Positions 1 through 6,837 of a stretch of 35,792 nucleotides of DNA are shown here, piece after piece. Both the position numbers and the translations under genes were made by a program. Every line of letters begins with the position of its first letter. Positions within the stretch are counted from its first letter, which is position 1. The notes under the pieces are model-generated. The model had not been told where the DNA came from and made no database searches. It saw nothing but the letters and a program-made list of their open reading frames with translations. Location of the stretch: IMG/VR virus record IMGVR_UViG_3300046779_000236, positions 1 to 35,792 of that record; one strand, written 5' to 3'. The stretch is from a virus (lineage: Duplodnaviria; Caudoviricetes).

Positions 1-127
1 GACATCCGTAGTCTGCGGTATTTAGTAATCATCTTTCATCCCAAGGTGTTCTGCTGTCAATTTCATAGTTAGCTCTGTCAATTGCATAACCTTCCATGAC
101 TTCTACTGTGTGATTCCAGACCCATCT
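1..127. repeat. 127-bp terminal direct repeat, left copy (circular-assembly overlap)
   Basis: gacatccgtagtctgcgg...ccagacccatct is identical to 35666-35792. Confidence 0.97.
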
Positions 128-283
128 TCCTAGAGCCTCAAAGTCTCTGTTCTCTAGCAACTCTTGGAGTCTTTCGCCTTGTTCTTTGCTGGTCTGCTCC
201 ATAGCTTCTAAAAAGTTATTAACCTTGTTAGGGCTATATTCATCAGACATAAATTCATCAACTAGTTCTTCAAAAGTCATCAT
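29..283 (-). CDS. hypothetical early protein (acidic, about 84 aa)
   Basis: ORF track 29..298; start moved to the ATGATG at 283/280 behind SD AAGGAGAAG. Confidence 0.75.
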   Translation of the reverse strand: MMTFEELVDEFMSDEYSPNKVNNFLEAMEQTSKEQGERLQELLENRDFEALGRWVWNHTVEVMEGYAIDRANYEIDSRTPWDER

Positions 284-297
284 CTTCTCCTTAAACA

Positions 298-597
298 TTA
301 AGAAACCTGTAACATCTTATCTACTAAATAAAAGTCTCCAGTAATTGTGCTAAATGGAGTTGCTCTGTCATTATCATAGCCTTCAAACTTTCTACCTGAT
401 TTTAATAAGCCACCATTGTGTTCATATCCTAGTGCATCAGATATTTCAAAGTAACAGTCATATGTTACAGAGCCAACTAACTCACCAAACTTATTAAACA
501 ATGGTGTATGTTTAGAAAAATAATAACTTGGTTCTTTGATAAAGCCACCATGAGCCAAGACTTGAATTGCTTCTTTTAATTTATATGTTTTCATCAT
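298..597 (-). CDS. hypothetical early protein (99 aa)
   Basis: ORF with the same AAGGAGAAG-ATGATG initiation region as the downstream gene. Confidence 0.75.
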   Translation of the reverse strand: MMKTYKLKEAIQVLAHGGFIKEPSYYFSKHTPLFNKFGELVGSVTYDCYFEISDALGYEHNGGLLKSGRKFEGYDNDRATPFSTITGDFYLVDKMLQVS

Positions 598-604
598 CTT
601 CTCC

Positions 605-688
605 TTAACCTAAGAAACCAAAAGCCCAAAACATTACAGGCAACATAAAACAAACACCTAAAAACAAACCTTTAAGAATATCAACCAT
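605..688 (-). CDS. small hydrophobic peptide (27 aa, MVDILKGLFLGVCFMLPVMFWAFGFLG)
   Basis: Manual translation; fills the gap between neighbouring genes; AAGGG upstream. Confidence 0.5.
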   Translation of the reverse strand: MVDILKGLFLGVCFMLPVMFWAFGFLG

Positions 689-690
689 GA

Positions 691-903
691 TTAACCCTTG
701 TTATTTTGTGAGATGTTAAAAAATCTAAAGTTGTTGCCCATTGCATCATTAGCAATTGCTTTAACTTTGTAGTAGCAAGCATAGGCTGGGTTTTTTGTAG
801 ATAGTTCTGCATGAAAAGCATTGGCTTGTTCTTCTGAGTCAAACCACTTGTAAACATTCCAATTTTCAAAGGTGTATTGTTGAACAGCGTAGATTTTTTG
901 CAT
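691..903 (-). CDS. hypothetical protein, first gene of the leftward early operon
   Basis: ORF track 691..921; AGGAG SD upstream of the ATG at 903 (MQKIYAVQ...). Confidence 0.7.
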   Translation of the reverse strand: MQKIYAVQQYTFENWNVYKWFDSEEQANAFHAELSTKNPAYACYYKVKAIANDAMGNNFRFFNISQNNKG

Positions 904-1014
904 TTTGATTCTCCTAAACAATTAAACAAATAAACTTCAGTAATAGAGATAATGGACTAGTTAGCTTACAATTTGCTTACATCAACAACTTTTTTTATAG
1001 GTAATTTCCCTAAT
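904..1014. promoter_or_regulatory. divergent control region between the leftward and rightward operons
   Basis: AT-rich gap at a strand switch; GCTTACA direct repeats at 964-970 and 975-981; TAGGTAATTTCCCTAAT site at 998-1014. Confidence 0.6.
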
Positions 1015-1296
1015 ATGTCAAAATATGCTCGCAGGGTGGACATCAATCAGAAAGCCATAGTTGAACATCTAAGAGCTATGGGAATGTCAGTATTCCATCT
1101 GCATGAAGTTGGCAAAGGCTGTCCAGACCTATTGGCTGGCATGAATGGTCAGACTTACCTTATAGAAGTCAAGAAAGATTCTAAGGCTTCATTCACTCCG
1201 CAGCAGATAGAGTTCCAAGGAAACTGGAAAGGCTCTCCAGTAATTCGTATAAATTCAGTAGAAGAAGCTATTGCATTTGTAAAAAATATGGTTTAA
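1015..1296 (+). CDS. PD-(D/E)xK nuclease, VRR-NUC / Holliday-junction-resolvase-like
   Basis: R-V-D-x-N-Q ... G-C-P-D-L ... L-I-E-V-K ... T-P-Q-Q-x-x-F motif pattern; start set at ATG 1015. Confidence 0.75.
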   Translation: MSKYARRVDINQKAIVEHLRAMGMSVFHLHEVGKGCPDLLAGMNGQTYLIEVKKDSKASFTPQQIEFQGNWKGSPVIRINSVEEAIAFVKNMV

Positions 1297-1299
1297 TGT
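1271..1299 (+). promoter_or_regulatory. putative sigma70 promoter for the replication gene leader
   Basis: TTGCAT (1271-1276)-N17-TAATGT (1294-1299), directly before a structured leader. Confidence 0.5.
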
Positions 1300-1302
1300 A
1301 GC

Positions 1303-1390
1303 AGGAAGGCTAGGGCAAATTACCCGAAAAGTCGATTAGTCACCGACCTGCCAACCTTTTTTAATGTGACTACCTTTGACTAGGGAAAAT
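1303..1390 (+). ncRNA. candidate cis-regulatory structured leader RNA (three-way junction plus pseudoknot targets)
   Basis: P1 AGG-AA-GGC/GCC-AA-CCT; P2 GGG/CCC; P3 GTCG/CGAC; loop TAGTCAC complementary to GTGACTA (1366-1372) and TGACTA (1377-1382). Confidence 0.55.
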
Positions 1391-2140
1391 ATGAATTACT
1401 ATCCGTTCCATATAGGAGATTACATCTCCCACACAAGTCATCTTACTGATGCAGAAGATTTAGCATACAGAAGAATGATTGACTTGTATTATCAATCCGA
1501 ACAACCTTTTACAGATGTGGAATTTGTAGCTCGCAGAGTTAAATCCACACCTGAAATCGTCTCTGTTCTCTTGTCTGATTTCTTTGTGAAAACAGAAGAT
1601 GGATGGAGAAATAAGCGAGCTGATGAGGAAATTGAGAAGTATCATGCCAAGGCAGAATCAGCAAGAAATGCAAATAAAGCTAAATTGGAGAAGAAATCAG
1701 CTCTGAAATCAGAACTGAAATCAGAACCGAAACAGGATGCAACCAATAACCAAGAACCAATAACCAATAACCATAGTATAGAAGTCGCTAAAGCTCCCAA
1801 AGCTAAAAGATTGTCTTTAGAAGAATTGCCTAAAGAATGGGAAGATTTCTGCAAAAAAGAAAGACCAGACTTAAAACCACAATATATCTGGAATCAATTT
1901 AGAGATTATTGGATAGCTCAAGGCGGTCAAAAAGGAGCAAAATTAGATTGGTTTGCTACTTGGAGAAACTGGGTTAGAAACCAAAAATCACAAGCCATAG
2001 GAACAGTTGATAAGCCTACTATTCAATGGCATCAGACATTGGGTGGTGTAATGGCTAAAGGCAAGGAGTTAGGCATTGAACCAAGAGCAGGAGAAACAGA
2101 AGGTCAATACAGGCAAAGACTTATGTCAGCAGGAGCTTGA
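1391..2140 (+). CDS. phage replication initiator, DUF1376/YdaU family (functional analogue of lambda O)
   Basis: N-terminus MNYYPFHIGDYxxxTxHLxxxEDLAYRRMIDLYY; internal iteron-like repeats; C-terminal FRDYW...DWFATWRNWVRN domain; SD AGGG before ATG 1391. Confidence 0.85.
   Translation: MNYYPFHIGDYISHTSHLTDAEDLAYRRMIDLYYQSEQPFTDVEFVARRVKSTPEIVSVLLSDFFVKTEDGWRNKRADEEIEKYHAKAESARNANKAKLEKKSALKSELKSEPKQDATNNQEPITNNHSIEVAKAPKAKRLSLEELPKEWEDFCKKERPDLKPQYIWNQFRDYWIAQGGQKGAKLDWFATWRNWVRNQKSQAIGTVDKPTIQWHQTLGGVMAKGKELGIEPRAGETEGQYRQRLMSAGA
1693..1774 (+). repeat. iteron-like repeats, probable replication origin inside the initiator gene
   Basis: Three 12-bp units GAAATCAG(CTCT/AACT/AACC) at 1693-1728 plus a degenerate fourth; five 7-bp AACCAA(T/G)-type units at 1741-1774. 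Confidence 0.7.
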
Positions 2141-2294
2141 GCAATATCGACATGAGTGTGAGCTTAGATTTATTGCAAGGATGAATTTGTCAGAAAGAAG
2201 GAAGTATCTTGCTTTAGTGTTAGATAAGCGAGGTGTAGAACAACTTGAACGATTAAAGGAAGGTTTAATAGAATTATGGAAAAGCAAGAAATAA
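2076..2294 (+). CDS. hypothetical protein (start uncertain)
   Basis: ORF track; the RHECELR-containing part fills the gap after the initiator gene. Confidence 0.5.
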   Translation: MNQEQEKQKVNTGKDLCQQELEQYRHECELRFIARMNLSERRKYLALVLDKRGVEQLERLKEGLIELWKSKK

Positions 2295-2632
2295 ACCAAA
2301 GCATGAGGTCTATTGACCCACAAGAGGCAGTAGACTTTATTCTTAAAAATGCTGGTAAGTATGCAGAAGCACACAGCCAGAGGGTATACCTAGAAAATAT
2401 GACTAAGGTTATTCGTTCAAAGCTCATGCAAGACTGCAAGAATGAGCCTGTTAGCAGAGCAGAGGCTTATGCTTTAGCGCATCCTGACTATCAGGTAAAT
2501 ATCGAAGGTATCAAGGCTGCAATGTTTGAAGAAGATAGATTGCGCTGGTTCTTAGAAGCTGCAAAGTTAAGAGCTGAAATCTGGAGAACTACAGAAGCAT
2601 CTAGCAGGTCACAAGATAGGGCTACTAGATGA
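2276..2632 (+). CDS. hypothetical helical protein
   Basis: ORF track; possible start at ATG 2303; ATGA coupling to the next gene. Confidence 0.75.
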   Translation: MEKQEINQSMRSIDPQEAVDFILKNAGKYAEAHSQRVYLENMTKVIRSKLMQDCKNEPVSRAEAYALAHPDYQVNIEGIKAAMFEEDRLRWFLEAAKLRAEIWRTTEASSRSQDRATR

Positions 2633-2844
2633 GTGCTTTAGATAAGCAAGTATCTGGCAGTCATTACAAAGAGCTTGTAATACAGCCAATACAGTTCATT
2701 CATGCAAACAGTATTCCTTTTATGGAAGCCAATGTCATTAAGTATATTTGCAGACATAAGTCTAAGAATGGACTAGCAGACTTAGAGAAAGCCAAGCACT
2801 ACATTGAGTTGCTTATGGAGCTTGAATATGATGCGAAACCCTGA
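2629..2844 (+). CDS. DUF3310 (SaV-like / T7 gp1.7-like) protein
   Basis: QVSGSHY...IQPI...NVIKYICR...KNGLADLEKAKHY motif. Confidence 0.85.
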   Translation: MSALDKQVSGSHYKELVIQPIQFIHANSIPFMEANVIKYICRHKSKNGLADLEKAKHYIELLMELEYDAKP

Positions 2845-3199
2845 TGCAAAGCATCTAAACTTCTCAGAACTACAAGGGCTTATTCCTGATAATCCTAAGT
2901 GGCTACCATCAAACATAGATATGCTTGCAGAACGAAAAGGCAAGTTCTTACTATGCGAATGGAAAAGACCTAATGAAGAATTTGGTGGTGGTCAAAAGCT
3001 ATTACTCAAGGCTTTATCAAGGCAACCAGACTTTACTGTTCTAATTGTTCAAGGAAACACAGATAACGGAATGGTCGTAGAGAAGTTCTGGGAATTAAAA
3101 TTTGATTTGCTAAGACATAGAGGAAGCTCTACACTTGAGTTCAAGCTATTTGTAAAGCGTTGGTACGAAGATATTCCTTCTAAACCAATAGACGATTAA
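2828..3199 (+). CDS. hypothetical protein, possible PD-(D/E)xK fold
   Basis: NIDMLAER...FLLCEWKR...GQ pattern; GGAG SD before ATG 2828. Confidence 0.6.
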   Translation: MMRNPDAKHLNFSELQGLIPDNPKWLPSNIDMLAERKGKFLLCEWKRPNEEFGGGQKLLLKALSRQPDFTVLIVQGNTDNGMVVEKFWELKFDLLRHRGSSTLEFKLFVKRWYEDIPSKPIDD

Positions 3200-3206
3200 A
3201 GTATAC

Positions 3207-3473
3207 ATGACTACTAAAGCAGAAAAAGAACATTTTAGAAAGGTGGCTGAACTTGGATGCTCACTATGCCGTGTCCTTGGAAATGAAGGAACAGTCCCTG
3301 AATTGCATCATATTCGACGAGCAGGGATTAGAAGTAAATCGCCAGTCATTCCACTTTGTCCATACCATCACAGAGGTAATGGCGGAATACATGGAATGGG
3401 TAGAAAAGCATTTGAAAAGAAGTATGGATTGACCGAAGAAGATTTATTGTCATATACTTTGGAACTATTATGA
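3207..3473 (+). CDS. Ref-like (recombination enhancement) HNH/Zn nuclease
   Basis: GCxxC...ELHHIR...IPLCPYHHRG...GIH motif. Confidence 0.8.
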   Translation: MTTKAEKEHFRKVAELGCSLCRVLGNEGTVPELHHIRRAGIRSKSPVIPLCPYHHRGNGGIHGMGRKAFEKKYGLTEEDLLSYTLELL

Positions 3474-3859
3474 CAAATGATGAAGCTCTATGGAACTGGT
3501 CTTATTATCTAACCTATTGGCTAGATGACCCAGCTCCAACTCCACCTACTACTTGTCGGTCTTTTGAAAAGAACCATGTGCCAGACTTAGGCAATGTCAT
3601 GGATGAAGAAGATGACAAAGGTATGCCAAGCATAGATTGGAAACTAGGCGAGTTATACGAATCTTGCATGAAAGAGCTACCAGAGCATCATAGGAGAGCT
3701 TTAAAGGCATACTATGTATCATTCCCATATCAAAGCAATTACAATATTGCTAATCATCTAAGAATAAATGTAAAGAAGCTAGAGAATGACTTACAAGAAG
3801 CAAGAGCCAGAATTAACAAAGAAGTCAATCGGAAAATATCAAGAGACAAGGCTTTGTGA
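3470..3859 (+). CDS. putative late-gene regulator (Q-like antiterminator, sigma70 region-4-like HTH)
   Basis: LxNW near the N-terminus; LPEHHRRALKAYY...IANHLRI...LQEARARI HTH; position just before the late promoter and terminator. Confidence 0.6.
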   Translation: MTNDEALWNWSYYLTYWLDDPAPTPPTTCRSFEKNHVPDLGNVMDEEDDKGMPSIDWKLGELYESCMKELPEHHRRALKAYYVSFPYQSNYNIANHLRINVKKLENDLQEARARINKEVNRKISRDKAL

Positions 3860-3965
3860 TAATTGCAGAACAAAGAAGCCTAAGCACACAGGATTTATGC
3901 AAAAGTTCAATAATGGGCTAAATCAGCGTTGGTTATGTATGGACTGTAAAGAAAAGATTGAATAG
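3786..3965 (+). CDS. small zinc-ribbon protein (59 aa)
   Basis: Manual translation MTYKKQ...LCDNC...RWLCMDCKEKIE; two CxxC pairs; below the ORF-track length cutoff. Confidence 0.6.
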   Translation: MTYKKQEPELTKKSIGKYQETRLCDNCRTKKPKHTGFMQKFNNGLNQRWLCMDCKEKIE

Positions 3966-4038
3966 CTTCTATAGTTAAATGGTATAACACTTGACTTGTA
4001 ATCATGGATTGGCAGTTCGATTCTGTCTAGAAGCACCA
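3965..4038 (+). tRNA. tRNA-Thr (anticodon TGT)
   Basis: Acceptor GCTTCTA/TAGAAGC; D arm GTTA/TAAC; anticodon loop CT-TGT-AA (TGT at 3997-3999); T arm GGCAG-TTCGATT-CTGTC; encoded CCA at 4036-4038; one mismatch in the anticodon stem. Confidence 0.92.
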
Positions 4039-4047
4039 AAAAAATAG

Positions 4048-4076
4048 TTGTTGCATTTCTAAAAATGTAGTAAGAT
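4048..4076 (+). promoter_or_regulatory. putative late promoter (pR'-like)
   Basis: TTGTTG-N17-TAAGAT upstream of a short leader that ends in an intrinsic terminator. Confidence 0.55.
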
Positions 4077-4130
4077 TGCCTTGGGTAATCTCGTCTTGAG
4101 ATTGCTCAATCCCCACAGAGAGTGATTTTA

Positions 4131-4155
4131 GCCCTAGCAATAGGGCATTTTTTTT
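4131..4155 (+). terminator. intrinsic terminator (tR'-like) in the late leader
   Basis: GCCCTA-GCAA-TAGGGC hairpin with a GNRA loop, followed by A and T8. Confidence 0.8.
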
Positions 4156-4164
4156 GGAATTTAT

Positions 4165-4533
4165 ATGGACAAAGCAACTATCATGGTCGGACTGCTAGGT
4201 GAAAACCCTAAGATGGCAGAAGGAAAAGAAGGCGGACTTCTAGAGAGTGATGTATCTGCTTGTCCATTGGCTACTCAAGACAAAGTAGTAAATGCTGGCA
4301 ACAAGCGTAAGGCTGTTGTTGTAGCAAACTACACAGATAAACCTGTCGCTAAATGTATGGATTGCGAATATTTCTGCACAGCCAAGGACTTGCCTACTTG
4401 TGGCATTGAAAAAGACATGGGTTTCTGTGAAAAATTTGAGTTCATGTGTGCTAAAACTAACGGATGTGACGAATTTGAAGTAGCTACTGAGGAAGAAGAA
4501 TATGAAAATGAGCAAGAGTCAGAAGAAGATTAA
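4165..4533 (+). CDS. Cys-rich hypothetical protein with acidic tail
   Basis: ORF track; CP...CMDCEYFC...C...FC...C...C suggests metal binding. Confidence 0.75.
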   Translation: MDKATIMVGLLGENPKMAEGKEGGLLESDVSACPLATQDKVVNAGNKRKAVVVANYTDKPVAKCMDCEYFCTAKDLPTCGIEKDMGFCEKFEFMCAKTNGCDEFEVATEEEEYENEQESEED

Positions 4534-4663
4534 GTCTGTAATGGGCGAATATAAAGAAGGCACATTGCACTCTGGTAAAGGTGGCAAAGTGGTAACTAAC
4601 CCTAAGCAAGCGATTGCGATTGCGATTAGCGAAGCTGCTAAAAAAGCTCGTTACAAGAAATGA
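4502..4663 (+). CDS. small basic protein, DUF6496-like (53 aa)
   Basis: Manual translation ...VMGEYKEGTLHSGKGGKVVTNPKQAIAIAISEA...; GAGGA upstream; ATGA coupling to the next gene. Confidence 0.75.
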   Translation: MKMSKSQKKIKSVMGEYKEGTLHSGKGGKVVTNPKQAIAIAISEAAKKARYKK

Positions 4664-4950
4664 AAATCAGAGAAGCAGCAAAGCTCTTTGAACGCATTGG
4701 TGTAGATGGCTATAACAAGCCAAAAAAGACACCAAGCCATCCTACTAAAAGCCATGTAGTCGTGGCTAAGGAAGGTGACCAAGTAAAGACAATTCGCTTT
4801 GGTCAGCAAGGAGTATCAGGCTCACCAGCTAAGAAAGGCGAGTCAGAGGCTGATAAAGCTCGTAGAAAGTCATTTAAAGCTCGTCATGCAAGCAACATAG
4901 CTAAAGGCAAGATGAGTGCAGCATACTGGGCAGACAAGGTTAAATGGTGA
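4660..4950 (+). CDS. basic hypothetical phage protein
   Basis: ORF track; KTIRFGQQG...RRKSFKARH...SAAYWA motif. Confidence 0.8.
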   Translation: MKIREAAKLFERIGVDGYNKPKKTPSHPTKSHVVVAKEGDQVKTIRFGQQGVSGSPAKKGESEADKARRKSFKARHASNIAKGKMSAAYWADKVKW

Positions 4951-4953
4951 TTT

Positions 4954-5304
4954 ATGGGACTGTTAGACTTAATTAGCCAAATAGGTATAGCTCCATATGG
5001 ATTTAGATATATTGATAGTCCATCAGAAATTGCAATGCCAAAAGGTAAAGGTTATTTTGGTGGATTATTAGCAAAAGACAATAATCTATCTACAGAAATA
5101 TCAGCAACTACAGATATTGGGTCTTTCCCATTGTTAGTTCCTACTTTAACAAAAAATGAAGTAGAGCTTTTGCTTAAAGAACAAGAGCCAACAGAAGAAA
5201 TATTAAAAAAAGCAGAGGATTTTGCAAAACAAAGAATTTCTATGGGGTTAGACCCATTTGCAAGTCCGTTTGAACTTCGTATGCCAATTAGTTTATTAGA
5301 TTAA
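4954..5304 (+). CDS. hypothetical protein with MGLLD N-terminus and SLLD C-terminus
   Basis: ORF track; KGKGYFG...TEIS...PLLVPTLT core. Confidence 0.75.
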   Translation: MGLLDLISQIGIAPYGFRYIDSPSEIAMPKGKGYFGGLLAKDNNLSTEISATTDIGSFPLLVPTLTKNEVELLLKEQEPTEEILKKAEDFAKQRISMGLDPFASPFELRMPISLLD

Positions 5305-5463
5305 ATGGTAATAGTAGAAATCAAGAACCTTCCTAAAAAATGGGATGGTTTTGACGAAAAGTTTTATTTTTTAAAAGATTTATATGCAGAACTATTAAAT
5401 CTTTCAGATAGACTAGATGCTGACAGAATACAGTTTGTTGGCGAAATACAAACATTACATTAG
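5305..5463 (+). CDS. small hypothetical protein (52 aa)
   Basis: Manual translation MVIVEIKNLPKKWDGF...GEIQTLH; fills the gap exactly. Confidence 0.55.
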   Translation: MVIVEIKNLPKKWDGFDEKFYFLKDLYAELLNLSDRLDADRIQFVGEIQTLH

Positions 5464-5471
5464 GAGAGGAA

Positions 5472-6467
5472 ATGGCTGGATTGCTAGGCGGTGTATTACC
5501 TGCCATTTATTCTGGAGCAGACCAATTAAAGAGACAAGTCTATGGATTATTAACAAATCCTATGGAAATGGCTGAAAGAGCAGGTCAAAACCTATTGCAG
5601 TCTCATAATGAAAGACAGGCTTTAATGAGACAAGCTCATGGAGACCCTACAAATCCGCTAAAAATTACAGACAAAGATGCTTTTAATGCTTTGACATCAC
5701 AAGTTATGGCAGGTGAGTTAGGCTTTGCTCCTATGGGTATTACTGCTTGGCATGGAACTCCACACAACATCTCAGGTAAGTTTGATGTTTCTAAAATAGG
5801 TACTGGAGAAGGTAATCAGTCTTTTGGTTATGGAATGTATTTTGCTGAAAACCCAAATGTAGCATTATCCTACACAGGAAAAGAAGGCGTTAAACCTACA
5901 TCTGTAATATATCAAGGAAAATCATATCCTTATGAATCAGATGTTGCAAAATTATTAGTTGATGTTAATAAATTTGGTAAAGAAGAAGCAAAAAAACTAT
6001 ACCCTACTCAAACTAAATTTATTGATGAAGTAAAGCCTATGGAAATAGGTTTTCAATCTGGTAATTTATACAAAGTAGACATTCCTGATAATGATATTCC
6101 AACAATGATGAATTGGGATAAACCACTAGGTGAACAATCTGATTTTGTTAAAAAAGCTATTAATAATTTAAAGAAGCAAGTTACTCCTGAGATGAAAGAT
6201 GAGTTAGGTGGTGACTTAAACTTATTATTTGGTAAAGATATAACTCCTGCACAATTCTTAAATACTTGGGAAATTATCCACCCTACAGGTGGAACAGGTA
6301 TTGGAGAAAAATTATTAAATGAGCAAGGTGTTAAAGGTATTCGATATTTTGACAATACAAGTAGAGATGCAGGTAAAGGCACTTCTAACTTTGTAATCTT
6401 TGACCCTTCTAATGTAAAGATACTAGAAAGAAACAATCAACCAATTGAAAGTTTGCTAGGAAACTAA
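5472..6467 (+). CDS. ADP-ribosyltransferase-fold protein (ART-PolyVal-like domain) with N-terminal leader
   Basis: AWHGT...F...IGTGEG...FGYGMYFAEN...NLYKVDI...GVKGIRY...NFVIFDP motifs; strong SD AGGAGAGG. Confidence 0.72.
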   Translation: MAGLLGGVLPAIYSGADQLKRQVYGLLTNPMEMAERAGQNLLQSHNERQALMRQAHGDPTNPLKITDKDAFNALTSQVMAGELGFAPMGITAWHGTPHNISGKFDVSKIGTGEGNQSFGYGMYFAENPNVALSYTGKEGVKPTSVIYQGKSYPYESDVAKLLVDVNKFGKEEAKKLYPTQTKFIDEVKPMEIGFQSGNLYKVDIPDNDIPTMMNWDKPLGEQSDFVKKAINNLKKQVTPEMKDELGGDLNLLFGKDITPAQFLNTWEIIHPTGGTGIGEKLLNEQGVKGIRYFDNTSRDAGKGTSNFVIFDPSNVKILERNNQPIESLLGN

Positions 6468-6516
6468 AACTGTTGTATATTTGCAACATCATCAACCAAC
6501 ACCCTATTGGATTGGA

Positions 6517-6837
6517 ATGGAAAACAGTAGCGAAAACAACAACTTGCCTATTGAAACAAAATCTGTAGGTGCGCCTAAAGGCAATGACAATGCTAAGAAA
6601 GGCAGACTGTTCTTTGACCAATTAAGGAAAGAGCTAGTTCAAGAAGATGCTCTTAGACTAAGAAAGATTGCTAAGAAGCTAGTAGAAGCAGCAGAGGATG
6701 GAGAACCTTGGGCTGTAAAAGAAATCATGGATAGAGTAGATGGTAAAGCTATTCAAGTTACAGAAATGTCTGGCTTGGATGGTGGAGCAATAGAGACAGT
6801 AACTTCTATCAATATCAACTTAAAGAAGCCTGAATGA
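6517..6837 (+). CDS. terS: terminase small subunit (putative)
   Basis: GAPKGNxNAKKG motif; KEIMDRVDGKA...E.SG.DGG; coupled to TerL; ATG at 6517. Confidence 0.7.
   Translation: MENSSENNNLPIETKSVGAPKGNDNAKKGRLFFDQLRKELVQEDALRLRKIAKKLVEAAEDGEPWAVKEIMDRVDGKAIQVTEMSGLDGGAIETVTSININLKKPE

Noticed and set aside
1303-1362. Leader RNA as a hammerhead or other known self-cleaving ribozyme
   Set aside because: It has a three-way junction with GAAA but lacks the CUGAnGA core. It is retained only as an unnamed structured RNA.
1693-1774. Short tandem repeats as a CRISPR array
   Set aside because: Units are 7-12 bp with no unique spacers and no cas genes. They lie in frame within the initiator gene and fit iterons.
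3965-4038. tRNA as an attP site or as evidence of stop-codon recoding
   Set aside because: There is no integrase, the anticodon is a sense Thr anticodon, and TAA, TAG and TGA all end genes normally with high coding density under the standard code.
4610-4627. GCGATT x3 microsatellite as a phase-variation or regulatory repeat
   Set aside because: It simply encodes the AIAIAI stretch of the DUF6496-like protein, in frame.
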